A stretch of DNA of 64,000 nucleotides from Octopus bimaculoides (Eukaryota), in assembly GCF_001194135.2 (NCBI RefSeq), contig NC_068983.1, positions 37,089,425-37,153,424 on the forward strand, written 5' to 3'. The position numbers were made by a program, and so were the translations under genes. The stretch's first letter is position 1. Each line of letters starts with the position of its first letter. Of the stretch, positions 40,903 to 53,469 are shown one piece after another. The notes below the pieces were generated by a model that made no database searches, was not told where the DNA came from, and saw only the letters and a list, made by a program, of their open reading frames with translations.

Positions 40903-43167
40903 GGGCCTATGCTTTTGTATCTCTGTCAAAAAGAATTACAGACAATAATCCTTGAAGGCCTGAAAGCTTGCATTAGGGATCAGGTAGGGATGTTAAACCA
41001 AACAATGGATTCTGTCTAGCACCCAACTAGACCACATTGGAATTTGAAATCAGAACTCAAAAGAGGAGGAAGAAATACTGCAAGGTATTCTGTCCAATGT
41101 TATAATGATTCTGTCAGTTCACTTTTATTCCAGAAGGATAAAAAGTCAACATGGCAAGATTTGAATACAGAATGCAAGAAGGAATAAATACCAGAATGTA
41201 TTTCATCTAATGTTCTATGAAACTTTAATTAATCTGTAGCCTGTGTATAGATTGTTGAGCCAACAGAATTCTGCACTGTTTGATTCCAAATATCAATGGA
41301 AATAACAGTGCAAAATGCCTCAAAAGGCTTCTGGTTTCATATTCAGCAGATGAGAGGATATATATCCAGCAATTAGTTGAACTGATCTCAAATCCTGTTA
41401 TAGTCAGCTCTGCCTTTAATCCTGTCAGGGTCAACAAATAAGATACCAGTCCAGGAGAATGAAAAGTGGAATTGTTAGAGCAACTAGGTAAGAGAAGTTG
41501 TAATACCTGTTCTATATTTTCTAAGTTCAAACGATTTGCTTACGTCATATTATTATTGTGAAGCAGCTTCTTCAAAGAGGATTAAGAGAAAAAAAAAAAA
41601 AGAGGTTATGCCCTAACTAGGTAGGGATAATCTAAGGATGTTAAGTGCTGCTGCTGCTGATGATAATGATGTGAGGATTAGAAAATAATATCTATGAAAG
41701 AAAAAAATTCATATCTAACTTGTAATTGATGGTAAACTAAAGAAGGCATTTTAGAGGTTTGTGAAAGTACACAATTGAGAGTCTTCACCCTTCACCTCCA
41801 GTCTATTATTCATGACTATATTATATAAATATAGCCATAAATTTCAAAAGTTTATTTCATTGTTTAAAAATATGTCAGTTACAGCATTTTATTTCAGCCT
41901 GTACATTAAAGAAAACCCAGTACGGTTTTATTTCTATAAATCTGTTCCGAAATAACACCCCCACCCCCAATCCCATACACACAAGTATAATGGTGTAGTG
42001 GTGGAAGAGATGGCCTTACTGCATGGGCTTTTATTTGGGTTTAACAAATAATATAAAAGGTTTTACATAGTTTCCTTATCGTGAAATATCATCATCATTG
42101 TTTAACATCTGCCTTCCATGCTAGAATGGATAGAATGGTTTCACAAAAGCCAGCCCGGCTGAATACTGCACCAGATGTCTGTGACTGTTTTGGTAGGATT
42201 TTTACAGCTGGATGCCCTTCCTAACACCAACCACCCAGCAGAGTGGACTTAATGCCTTTTACATGAAACAAGCACAGGCGAGGTCAGTTTCAGCAAGGTT
42301 TTTACAGCTGGATGCCCTGCCAAACACCAACCACTTTACAGTGTGGACTGGGTGCTTTTAAGTGGCACCTGTACTGACAGGGTCACCAAGTAATTTGCAA
42401 AACAAAAATTTTCAAGAAGAGAGGAGATCTTGTGTAGGATGATGAAAGGTTATAGTGAGAGAGAAACAGGTGCTTTGCGGTAGAGGAAGTACAAAGTTAC
42501 TCGGCTAGAGAGAGAGAGAGAGATGGCGAGAGAAGAGAAGAGAAAGAAGAGAGAGGGAGGAGAGAGAGAGGGAGGGGAGAGAGAGAGATCACAAATGAAG
42601 ACAGAAACAGGTGTGCTACCATAAAGGAAATACATGGTTACTCAACCAGAGAGAAGTGCAGGAGAAGGAGAGAGTGGGATAGAGATGGTGGCAAAATGCC
42701 AGGCATACTCACAATGGGCGGAGATAAGAATATAAATGGGATGGTTGAGTAATGGAAGAGCGAGATATAGGTGGTGACAAGTACCAGGGCATACCATTGA
42801 GGTTCGAACGCCACATAATATAAGTGGCAGGATATTGTGAAGGAAGTGTGATTAAAGAGTGCGGAAGTGGGGAGTGAGTGGTGAAAACCTGGGTATAAAT
42901 AGAGTTGCGTGGGGGTGGGCTACTGGATAGCAATGATATAAGGAACAGGGGTGTGAGGACAGGATTGGCGAGTGAGAGCTAGGCATAGTGTATGAGGGGG
43001 GGGGGAACTGTGAAGAAGAGAAGAGATGTGGAGATGTAGATTGGTTTGTTGGGGTAGGGTGAATGAAAAGTTTTCTTGTTATGTGTGGGTGGAACACACA
43101 AGTCGGGGAGGGGGGGGGGCTAGCAGATAGCAATAATAATTGAATAAATAAACCAGTATAACTTAAG

Positions 43168-43314
43168 CCAAATAAGGAATTATTTGTCAAAAAAGGAACA
43201 ATTTGCCAAATAAGGAATAATTTACCAAATAAAGAATTATTTCTCAAATAAGGAATTATTTGTCAAATAAGGAGTTATTTGCCAAATAAGGAATTATTTG
43301 CCAAATAAGGTATT
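43168..43314. repeat. 19-bp minisatellite, ~7.5 copies of CCAAATAAGGAATTATTTG
   Basis: Units read directly; each is a 7-bp inverted repeat around GGAA; four units begin with CCAAATAAGG. Confidence 0.95.
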
Positions 43315-46299
43315 ATCTATGTTAAACACATGGAAATAAAATCAATAACTGAACAATGGGGGAAAAAAAAATCAATAACTAAACAATGAAAAATGAACGT
43401 TTAACATTTTGCAAGTATCCAATCTCCAGCCAAGGTTTCACATTATTTCCATAAATGGCTTTATTACTGTCCTCACTTGGTATCGATTATATTTGGCCAG
43501 AGCCACCTACAGCTCTTGTTAGCAATATCCTTCTTTGGTCTACTTCTGCACAGAAGGAAAAATAGTTTGTGGAATCTATTTAGTATTTCACCGATATATA
43601 AAAAAATCAAAAAATCATTGCCCCTCTGGAAAACTCCAAAATAATTCCCCTTATCAAATACCAATAAGTACAGGCATGGCCATATGGTAGGAAGTTTGCT
43701 TCCCAACCATGTAGTTTCATGCTCAGTACCACTGTGTGGCACCTTGGGCAAATGTCTTCTACTATAACCCCAGGCTGACCAAAGTCTTGTTAGTAGATTT
43801 GGTAGTCAAAACAGGAAAGAAACCCATCATATATCTGTATGAGTGTGTCCTTGTATTGACTTTATGTGAATGTTGTAAATAAATGTCATACAAAAGCATG
43901 TCTGGTTATGGGAAAATATAACTTTGCTTAGAAATAGGCAAGTGTTTGCAGCAGGAAGAGCATCTGGCCTTAGGAAATCTGTCTCAATAGATGCCATTCG
44001 GCCCATGCAAATGGCTGTTAAGAAACAGTAATCTTTGACTTGATCTTAAAAGGTGAAGTGAAATAGCTTCAAAATTTCATTTGACCTTACATCTGACTAG
44101 CTATCATGACCTTAAGTTTTGGCAAAAACAGAATAAATGTTGCAACAGTCAAATCTTCCCACTGGGGATCAGAACTGTAATGGAACCAAACCCAGTTGCA
44201 AATCTTGACATGATCAGGACTTTGTCGCCTACTTTTAAGCCGATTGGCTTCATTAGAGGATTACTAATTACCCTCAGTTTTAGAAGTACAACCTTTTCAA
44301 TCACCTACTACATCCATTCATGTTAGTTACAACTAAGTTCATAAATTCTTATTTATGTAGGATAGAGTGAACTGCATGACTGTGCAGGTATCTATCATGT
44401 AATACTCTTGACTTTTTATCAAGAGGATAACTGAAACAGCAACAACAACAAATTGAAGCTGACATAAACTTGATCCAGCAGTAGTTTATCCTTGTTTGTC
44501 TTAATCACCTACTACTCACCAGCTGAATGCAGCTAATTGCATGCACATGTCTGTGTGCGTGTTGAAGTAGGATTGGTGAAGTCATTCATTATGGTGATAC
44601 TCTTAATCAGTACACAAACAAGTCTTGTGAACTCTATCTTCAACCGGTTTCTTGTGTGAGAAATATTTTATTGTTTGACCCAGCCACTCTGTTTCTGAGA
44701 AAGACACCTAACTAATTCTCAATTGAGTCAACGAGAGAGTCTCTACACGTGTGCGGAACATTTTAGAAAAAGCAGGCAAATCAGCCTCAAGTTATACACT
44801 GTCTTGGCAAAAAAAAGAGAAAAAAAATTGAAACAAACACATTGGATAAGGTAGTCCTTAATAGACTTAATAGACTAGTCCTTAATAGACTCAAAAAAAT
44901 ATTAGAATGGTAACAACTTTGATCAAAGGTTAAGAAGATAATAGCTTTGATAATAGGTCTCCTGGATCAGAGCTGATCCATGATTACAACAGCCTGTTCT
45001 CACTGGCTCGGTCCACTTTGCTATTAATGAGCAATAAAGAACAGTGTGCTATAAATGAGAGCACTAGATAATTGAAGAGTGTTTGGTTTCTTAAATTCAA
45101 AAACTTTGCAATTTGCAACCGATACCTGTTATTGTCCCTGGAAAGACAAAAGACAAAGTCAATCCTGGCTAGATTTGAACTCAAAACTTAAATGAAGCCC
45201 TATTCATTGTACAAAAATAAAGTTATCAATTTTTTTTTTTTTTAATAAGTACACAGTTTTGATAGGATTGGCAGAATTGTTCAAGCAGTATTAGTCCTAG
45301 TCTTTTAAAATTGTTATTTACATTCTGAGTTTAAATTCCACAGATCATTTTGGCCTTTCACCCTTTTATGCAAGTAGCCAATTAGCTCCTCTACAAGAAA
45401 CTTGGTCTGCTCTGGCCCTTTCTCTCAAACCTCTTCATCTAGCATAAACTGCCTTCCTCTCTACTGTAGCTCCACTCAGCCAAACGTGATCTTTGTCCTG
45501 CAAGCTGTATGCTGGTGCCATAAAAAGAGCATCCAGTAAACACTATGGTATGGTTAAGAAGGGCATCCAGCCACAAAATCCATGCCATAGCAGACATTGG
45601 AGCATGATGCAGTCCTCAGACTCATCAAAATCCTGTCAAACCATCAACCAAAACCAGCATGGAACATGATGTTTAATTATCATGAGAGTTGGGCTGGCAG
45701 GATCATTAGAAGAACTGCAGTATTTGTTTGAACTCTTAAGTTCTGAGTTCAAATCCCATCAAGGTCAACTTTGTCTTTCATCCTCGCAAGGTCAATGAAA
45801 CAAAGTACCACTCAAATACTGGTGCTGGTGGTATCAATTAATCTCTCCCCTGACAAAATACTCTGAGCTATTTATTCCACTTCTTTATCTTTTCAAGGTC
45901 CAGTCAAGTACGGGGGNNNNNNNNNNCCCCTCAAAATTTCAGATCTTGCGTTTATATTATAAACAATCATCATCATCATCAAAGTAGTGGATTGGTAGAA
46001 ACGTTAAAGCGTTGGTAAAAGTGCCTTGATGTGCTTCTTCCAGCACCATAACATTTTGAGTTCAAATCCCTATGAGGTTAATTTTGCATTTCATCCGTCT
46101 GGGGTTGATAAAATAAAGTACCAGTTAACTACTGGGGTAGATGGCATTGACTAACCCTTCCCTTCAAATAACTGTTGCTCATGCGAAGATTAGAAACAAT
46201 TATAAAAGTATTTTTAGTTCAGTTGATATAATAGTACAGGTACTTTATTTTGTTGTCCTCCAAAATAGCAAAGTCGAGGTTAAAAAAGAGTACTTAGCT

Positions 46300-46322
46300 T
46301 GGTTATGCAAAATCGGTGCGTG

Positions 46323-46359
<37 letters not shown>

Positions 46360-47200
46360 CACGCGCGCGCTTAGACACCCTATATATAGAATCACAAATG
46401 CCACCAGCCGGTTATTATTATTATCATTATAAAAAAAGCATTGGAAAGTGATCACAATATGCGACTTCCACTGTATATATAGACGCGCGCTTAGACACCC
46501 TATATATAGAATCACAAATGCCATCAGCCGGTTATTATTATTATTAAAAAAAGCATTGGAAAGTGATCACAATATGCGGCTTCCACTGTATATAAATGCA
46601 CAGCGGGTGCCACTAATTAGAACTACGAGTAATGTCATCGACCGGTTATCAAAAACAGCACCAACAAACTTTTCATTTGTTTAATGTCGTCTGGTTTTGT
46701 TATCGCGAAGGCTTCGTAAAAAAAAAACTGATAACAATAAGCGACTTCCACTGTAATGTGACAAAGAATGACGTAATGTAAAGTTCATGTCACATTTCCA
46801 AGCGAGTGACTCGCTGATTTGGCGGAAAAAAGAAACCTAAAAAAATTCGGCGTAAATGGAATAATCAAGCACCAGTTTTTTTTTTTAATAAAAATAAAAT
46901 TTCATATATATAATTTGAAAAAAAAAAAAAAAAANNNNNNNNNNGTAAAATCATCGTTCAGCGGTTATTCCTGGTCATTTCTATTAGTAAACAGTATTAA
47001 CCGACACGAGTAGAAAAGTAATTCTGAAAAGTACAGCGAACATGTGAAAGAGACCACCATGACAATGGTCACCCGTCGAAACATGTGAATTGACAAGCAT
47101 TGCCGTTTCTAGTCGGTCCTGTAAGAGAGAGGAAGTGGGAGCTAAGGCAAGCAAGCAAGCAGCTTACTAAAAATAGCAGCAGGAGCAGCAGTCACGCAAT
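46300..47200 (-). promoter_or_regulatory. candidate per promoter / first-exon region
   Basis: Non-SINE, CpG-rich island at the edge of the CpG-depleted gene body. Contains TTATGCAA (46303), CACGCG (46360), ATGACGTAAT (46768), two CATGTG (~47041, ~47083) and CTAAAAATAG (47167). TSS not located. Confidence 0.5.
46361..46595. repeat. ~120-bp direct tandem duplication, 2 copies
   Basis: acgcgcgc(gc)ttagacaccctatatatagaatcacaaatgcc...acttccactgtatata / gcttccactgtatata at 46361 and 46483. Confidence 0.92.
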
Positions 47201-47920
47201 GATGCAACAAATATTGCATTTAAAAGGTGCTTTTTTAAAAAGTCATTTTTACAATAAATACTTCTATTTATATTCACTAATTTTACAAGTGACATAACAA
47301 AATAAGAAATGGTTCAGATATCTGAAGCAGTTTACATTCAAATATACTTTTTATAAAATTAAATTAAGTAAATATCTAAGTTAGTTATTGCTATCTCTTA
47401 AAAGTACGGTAATTATTGAATAAATGAAAAAGCAAGCCAACGTGACTTCGCTTTCTAAATAAGTAGCGTGATTTTCTTTCAGATTTTATTTTATCTAGAC
47501 GCCTATCCCAATTAACCTGGTTGACAGCCATACTTTTAATTAAAAATTCATAATTTACAACAAAAAACTGTACTTTCGTATCACTTATTTTATTTATTTA
47601 TTGGTTAATAGAATAAATATATAAAATAAAGATATTGACGTTAAGTGCAGGGTTTTTCAAATTGGATTTCGCAGATCCCCCTAAGTTTCGCAAGATAAGG
47701 GGTCTTTTGACAAAATTTAATAGAATTTCATTTTATAATAGCAATTTATAACACCATTTTCAAAACGACAAAAATATATGATTTTTAAATAAATAAATTC
47801 TCTCTTAAAAACAATATTTCTTTAATTTTATGTTTTAATAAAAGTAGAATGGCAGGGGATTCCAAGACTTTTCTGAAAGGGATCAGTAACAACGTCATCT
47901 GTATTAATGCAATTTTCAGA

Positions 47921-48230
47921 CTCTCTCTCTCTCTCTCTCTCTCTCCTTTCCCTCCCTCTCTTTCTCTCTCCCTTCCCTCCCTCTCTTTCTCTCTCTCCCT
48001 CCCTCTCTTTGTGCAGATGTTTGGCAACACTAAAAATCCAAGTGACTGTGCTTGAATAATAATAATAATGATAATAATAATAATAATGATGATAATAATA
48101 ATAATAATGATGATAATAATAATAATAATGATCATAATAATAATGATGATCATAATAATTAATAATGATGATAATAATAATAATAACAATGATAATAATA
48201 ATAACAATAATAATAATAATAATAATAATG
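47921..48230. repeat. CT-rich tract followed by (AAT/GAT)n microsatellite
   Basis: Read directly. Confidence 0.95.
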
Positions 48231-49340
48231 CGTTCTACTAAAGGCACAAGGCCTGAAATTGTGAGGGAGGGGACTAATCGATTACATCAACCCCCAGTGC
48301 GTACCTAATTTATCGACCCCGAAAAGATGAAAGGCAAAGTCGACCTTGGCGGAATTTGAACTCAGAACGTAAAGACGACGAAATGCCGCTAAGCATTTTG
48401 TCCGTTTTGACGTTCTGAGAAGAAAAAAACACACCCTTCCACAAGACCTGAAATCTTGGATGTAGAGGCTTTGTCGATCACATCGGCCCCTAGAGCTCGA
48501 CTGCTATTTATTTTACGAAAACCCAAGAGGATGAAAAGCAATTTTTTTTACTAATTTTAACACAAAAGTCAGCAATTTTGAGGAGTGGGCTCAAGATTAC
48601 ATCGACCCAGAAAGGAAGAAAGGTAAAGTTGACCTCGGCGGGAATTGAACTCCGAATATTTTTACTCTATGAAGCTTACAGGAAGCTCAGAAAATGTGAT
48701 GCAAACAAATTCAAATATTCAGTATTCGGTGACGTATGTCCCCAGTAATTTGATTTCCCCTTCACTCTTTTCATATTTATTTTATCGACAGATGATATTT
48801 TCTAATAATGATAATCCTTTCTACTACTAAGTGCTTTTATTGACCCCGAGAGGATGAAAGACAAAGCTGTCCTCGAAGGAATTTGAACTCGGGACATAGA
48901 CAAACGAAATGCCAACTAAGCATTTTGTCCGACGTGCTAACGATTTTGCTAGCTTGCTGCTTTAATAATGACAATGTTGTTAGGCGCCGAGCGAAATGCT
49001 TAACGGTATTTCGTCTGACTTCAAATTCGACTTTGCCTTTCATCTTTTCGGGGGTCGATAAATTAAGTACTAGTTGCGTACTGAGATCGATCTAATCGAC
49101 TCGCCCCCTCTCCAAAGACTTCGGGCCTTGTGCCCAGAGTAGGAAAGAGTAATAACAATGTTTCCTACTATAGGGACAAGGCTAGAAAATTGGGGCGGAG
49201 AAGGTGGACTAGACGATTACATCGACTCCAATGTCCGACTAGTATTTATTTTATCAACTCCGAAAAGATGAAAGGTAAGTTTCTAAACTTGGACACAAGG
49301 CTTGAAATTTCGGAGGAGACGGGGCAGGCGATTAATTCTG
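48231..49340. mobile_element. cluster of about six family B SINE copies/fragments in mixed orientation
   Basis: Repeated tcgaccccgaaaggatgaaaggcaaagtcgacc core on both strands. Confidence 0.8.
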
Positions 49341-49825
49341 AACTTTTTTTATGTAACAAATAAACTTTCGGAGTGTTTAATATTCACATGCTTCTGTTTT
49401 CTAAACGAGTCGGCTAAATCTAGACCAATAAACTCTAATCATTAACATCTAGTGTGAACAGTGTCGATTATATATTTTGCCCTGACAATAATAGGTGGTG
49501 AAACCACGCAACAAGGTAGACGAAATAAGAAATGATTTAAGTACACGTGATCTGAAGGAAGCAGGTGACGATGGTGGTAATGGTGGTGGAGGTGGGTGCG
49601 CCAGGTAAACGAGTTAAGTAGCAGCAATGCAAGATATTAAAACAAAAATGCTGTTGTTGTTTAACCCAGGGTGAACCTGGATTCACCAAACATAATTAGA
49701 TGCATTTTAATCATAGCCACCATATTTATTGTTCAAAATAGTGCATATCGAATGTCACTATTTTTTTTTTTAAATACAGGGTGTGTGGATTGAGAGATTT
49801 GGCTGCTATTTCTTGCAGATCGAGC

Positions 49826-50023
49826 CAGTGGTTCTCGAACCCCTCTGATTCCTATTTTACTAGAATGGACCACATAACCATTCGATGTTTAAAAATTTCT
49901 ACTATATTTTTATAATCAAATTAAGAACTGTATAAAAAACCCCCCAATTTATTGCACAAACCCTGACAATAAACTCTAATATGGCCCCACGAGGATAATA
50001 TGGACCTCAGTCGAGAACCATAA
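49826..50023. mobile_element. hAT-like MITE
   Basis: CAGTGGTTCTCGA ... TCGAGAACCA inverted ends. Confidence 0.6.
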
Positions 50024-51628
50024 GCTTAGAGGTTCTTTCCCTTGCTGGGTTGCAATTCAGTGAAAGAGATTAATAAATAGGCTCACTCTGGCATTAAGTT
50101 TACAGGGATTAGAGAAAAGTTACCTAACAGGTAGATTAATAATGGTTGTAAAGGGCCAATGTTTTCTACTGTCAAGTCTAAACACAGCATAAATAGGGTT
50201 AATGCTTTACATCCCTTATATGTGCCCAATATAGTGGATACTTTATATTTTAACAAATAGAAGAAAAAAAAAAGACGTACAAAAAAAGTTTAAATATTTA
50301 GGCTATGGGCTCAAAAAACTGAAGCATAAATCGGACGGCATAATTTTCGAGTCATTTTTCAATGAACAGGAAAATACAAATCAAAAATACTCTTAGAAGT
50401 ATAGATTATAATAAAAATTTGGGATTAGTGTCTGTGAAATAAACTTTAAAAACATTATTTAGAATATAAAGGATATGGATGAGGAAAAGTAACTAAGTGG
50501 CGCTAACTCGGGGATGAAACAGGTGAGTTTACACGCATGAAAGAGTTCAAAGTGTTCGATAGCAAATCAATAATCTTAAGTCAAACTGACCCACATTACT
50601 ACCAATGTGATCTTACAGGCATGGGCACATTTTGGCAGTTGCTTGGGGACCCCATGAGTTTAGGTCACCTATGCTTATTGTGTGCACGCTACAGTTGTGT
50701 ATGCAAGGGCCCAATGCAATGGGGAAAGAGCTATAATGTTAAGATGCTCCTGCCTGCAACCTATACAAATTAGAAATGTGTTTTAAGTCTTAAGGTTTGG
50801 ATTAAAATTAGGGATGATAAAGAGAATTTATTTAGGGGCAGTGGTGCACAAAGCATTGTCAATGTAACCAGTTACAATAGACCACAGGTTGGACTTGGGT
50901 CACCATGTAGAGCGGTAAAAAATGCGATGCTCATGGAATGTCTTTGAGCATAGATCTACTCGATCAGAGCTGACCTAGTGCTAAATAATAACAAATCAGT
51001 TACAAAAAAAAAAAAAAAAGGTTTCATAGATTAAGTAAATATAAAATTGTATTATACATAAAATCTGAAATTAGAAACAAGAATTGTGATGTTCGTGCCT
51101 TTTCCAAAGATTAGAAACCGAAGTTAATTAGAACGGTGCCAACAGGTAAACGAAATGCAAAATCAGTTTGTTGCAAACTGATTTACCTTAATAGATTATG
51201 GCGCTCACATGAAATTATTTCATACATAAACACTTGTTTAGATGAGGATGACTGGGAAGAAATGACGTTCATACATTTCCTAAAGAATATTTGCAGTATA
51301 AATTGCCATGACTCAGATCTATGAAAACTTAACGACAATTGAGTGCAATTGAGTTACCCTGAATTCTGTTGAGATATGAAATGATAAAAGTGGCATGTGT
51401 CAACAGCACATAGGTCAAAAAACAACTATAAGTGCAAAACATGTAATGAATAATAGTGGCATCTGGCCCATAATAATGAATGATCTAGAAATGTTTACTT
51501 TGATTTTGTAGACAAAACTGAGTGTGTTTGAAATAAACACTCAGAATAGTTTATATTAAAATACATCAGTAAGACTGGTATAACATTGTAAAAGGCAATC
51601 TGAACACAAAATGTAATATACAGTATAA

Positions 51629-52003
51629 AGGAGTGGCTGTGTGGTAAGGAGCTTGCTTACCAACCACATGGTTCTGGGTTCAGTCCCACCGCGTGGCACC
51701 TTGGGCAAGTGCCTTCTACTATAGCCACGGGCCGACCAAAGCCTTGTGAATGGATTTGGTAGACGGAAACTGAAAGAACCCCGTCGTATATATGTATGTG
51801 TGTGTTTGTGTGTCTGTGTTTGTCCCCCCCCCCCAACATCGCTTGACAACCGATGCTGGTGTGTTTACGTCCCCGTAACTTAGCGGTTCGGTAAGAGACC
51901 GATAGAATAAGTACTAGGCTTACAAAGAATAAGTCTTGGGGTCGATTTGCGGTCGACTAAAGGCAGTCAAAAATGACTGAAACAGGTAAAAGAGTAAAAG
52001 AGT
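51629..52003 (+). mobile_element. SINE family A, near full length
   Basis: Close to the 11807 copy; CpGs intact. Confidence 0.9.
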
Positions 52004-52599
52004 AATATATGAAGCAATATAAATAAATATATACTTACGGCTGTAGAATCAGTATGTTATAGATCCGTTAGGTGGTTATGTTTATGGATACATATTGATA
52101 TAATTGTATTTAAAAAAATGATAAAGAGGTAATAGTGAAATGGTAATTATAATCCGAGAGAATGAGTGTAAAATATCCAGATATTAGCATTTAGTAATAT
52201 ATAAATATTTCCTCAAACTCCAACTGGTTTGAAAGATCGAGGCTTGTTTTAAAAGATGGCGTATCCTCCAAGCTGGAAGATCTTTAAGCAAGCCCACAAT
52301 TTTCGTATTAAGTTTTTCGGATAGAAGGAAGAAAATTATAGTGTAAAAAAATACTAAACTTTATGTAAAAGATAAATACAATTTAAATGAAGAATATATT
52401 TGATCGTCCGTGACGGATATGACAAAAATGGTAGAGTTAAATTAATAAGAGGTTGTCGTCGGGACGCACTTCCACCATTAATGTTTTCTCTTTGCATGGT
52501 ATTAGAACGATCGGGGATAGCAGTAGCAACAATGTGTGGGAGTAGCAGACTGGAGAATTGCAGTCAGGTACTTAGATCTACTCTTCCTTTTCCTCGCTC

Positions 52600-52830
52600 T
52601 ATACTAGTCAGCCCGTGCGGCTACACGTGAGGCACTGTTATAGAAAAATAACGAAGCTGCGCATGTGTATTCCAAACACACTCAGAGGACGGCCTCCAAC
52701 TAAAAATAGAAAGTTGAATTGAGTAATGTATGGAAGTAAATAATGGCTATAATTCACTCATATTCAGTCAATCTCCGTTTCATGTGTTCTTGTTATTGAT
52801 TTACTATTGCGCATGCGTTTGTGTTATTTT
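52600..52830. promoter_or_regulatory. candidate upstream enhancer
   Basis: ACACGTGA (E-box 52624-52629), CTAAAAATAG (52700-52709) and TGCGCATGCG (52808-52817) in unique sequence. Confidence 0.4.
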
Positions 52831-53210
52831 AAAATAAACATTATTTGTATTTGTTGCAAATTTAAAATTGCAGAATATATTGAATGCATATGTATATAAT
52901 ATTTTTTCCTCTCTTTAATTTTCATTACCATAACTGTAATTAGTTAAAAAAATGTAATTTAGTTTTCACTACTACTCGCTCAAGCTAATCACCTTTACCA
53001 TGACTTTCGAAGGCTCTCCCACGCTTAGCAGTACACATTTATTTTTAATTGCTCCTCGGAAGCCAATGCTCTGTGGTTTGGCTTTTAAATATGCAATGTT
53101 GAGAATATTCATTTTTGTTGTTTGCCCATGAGGGTGATATTCATGTATTCTTAATGACCAAGCAAATTCAACATCAGTTACGTACAAGCAACAGAAATGA
53201 CACTCTTAGA

Positions 53211-53241
<31 letters not shown>

Positions 53242-53469
53242 ATATGACCTAGGGCTAGGGTGCTGGGCTCACGATCACACAGTTGTAGGTGGTATTGTCT
53301 TAAAGCAGGAGCACACGACAGTTGCCCAGGGATCCCACAGGTCTCAGAGCCTAATTATTATCAATGTTTGCTACGACTTGTTACCGATAAATAAGAGTAG
53401 GGGTCCCAACGCATTGTATTGCAAAGGAGCTTATAATGCTGTTACGACAGTCCTAATCATTGGTTCGAT

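Noticed and set aside
41544-41569. Possible 26-nt 5' UTR micro-exon (GAC|gtaagc donor)
   Set aside because: Weak GAAG acceptor and no independent support.
43168-43314. CRISPR-like appearance of the 19-bp and 15-bp arrays
   Set aside because: No spacers, eukaryotic context, no cas genes.
47785-48247. Poly-I/Y, ER-repeat and (LLHLY)n ORFs (also 58053, 60411, 63094)
   Set aside because: Translations of microsatellites and minisatellites.
14546-52368. Scattered TTATGTAA D-boxes (~14546, ~28175, 49349, ~52361)
   Set aside because: Several are expected by chance in DNA this AT-rich.
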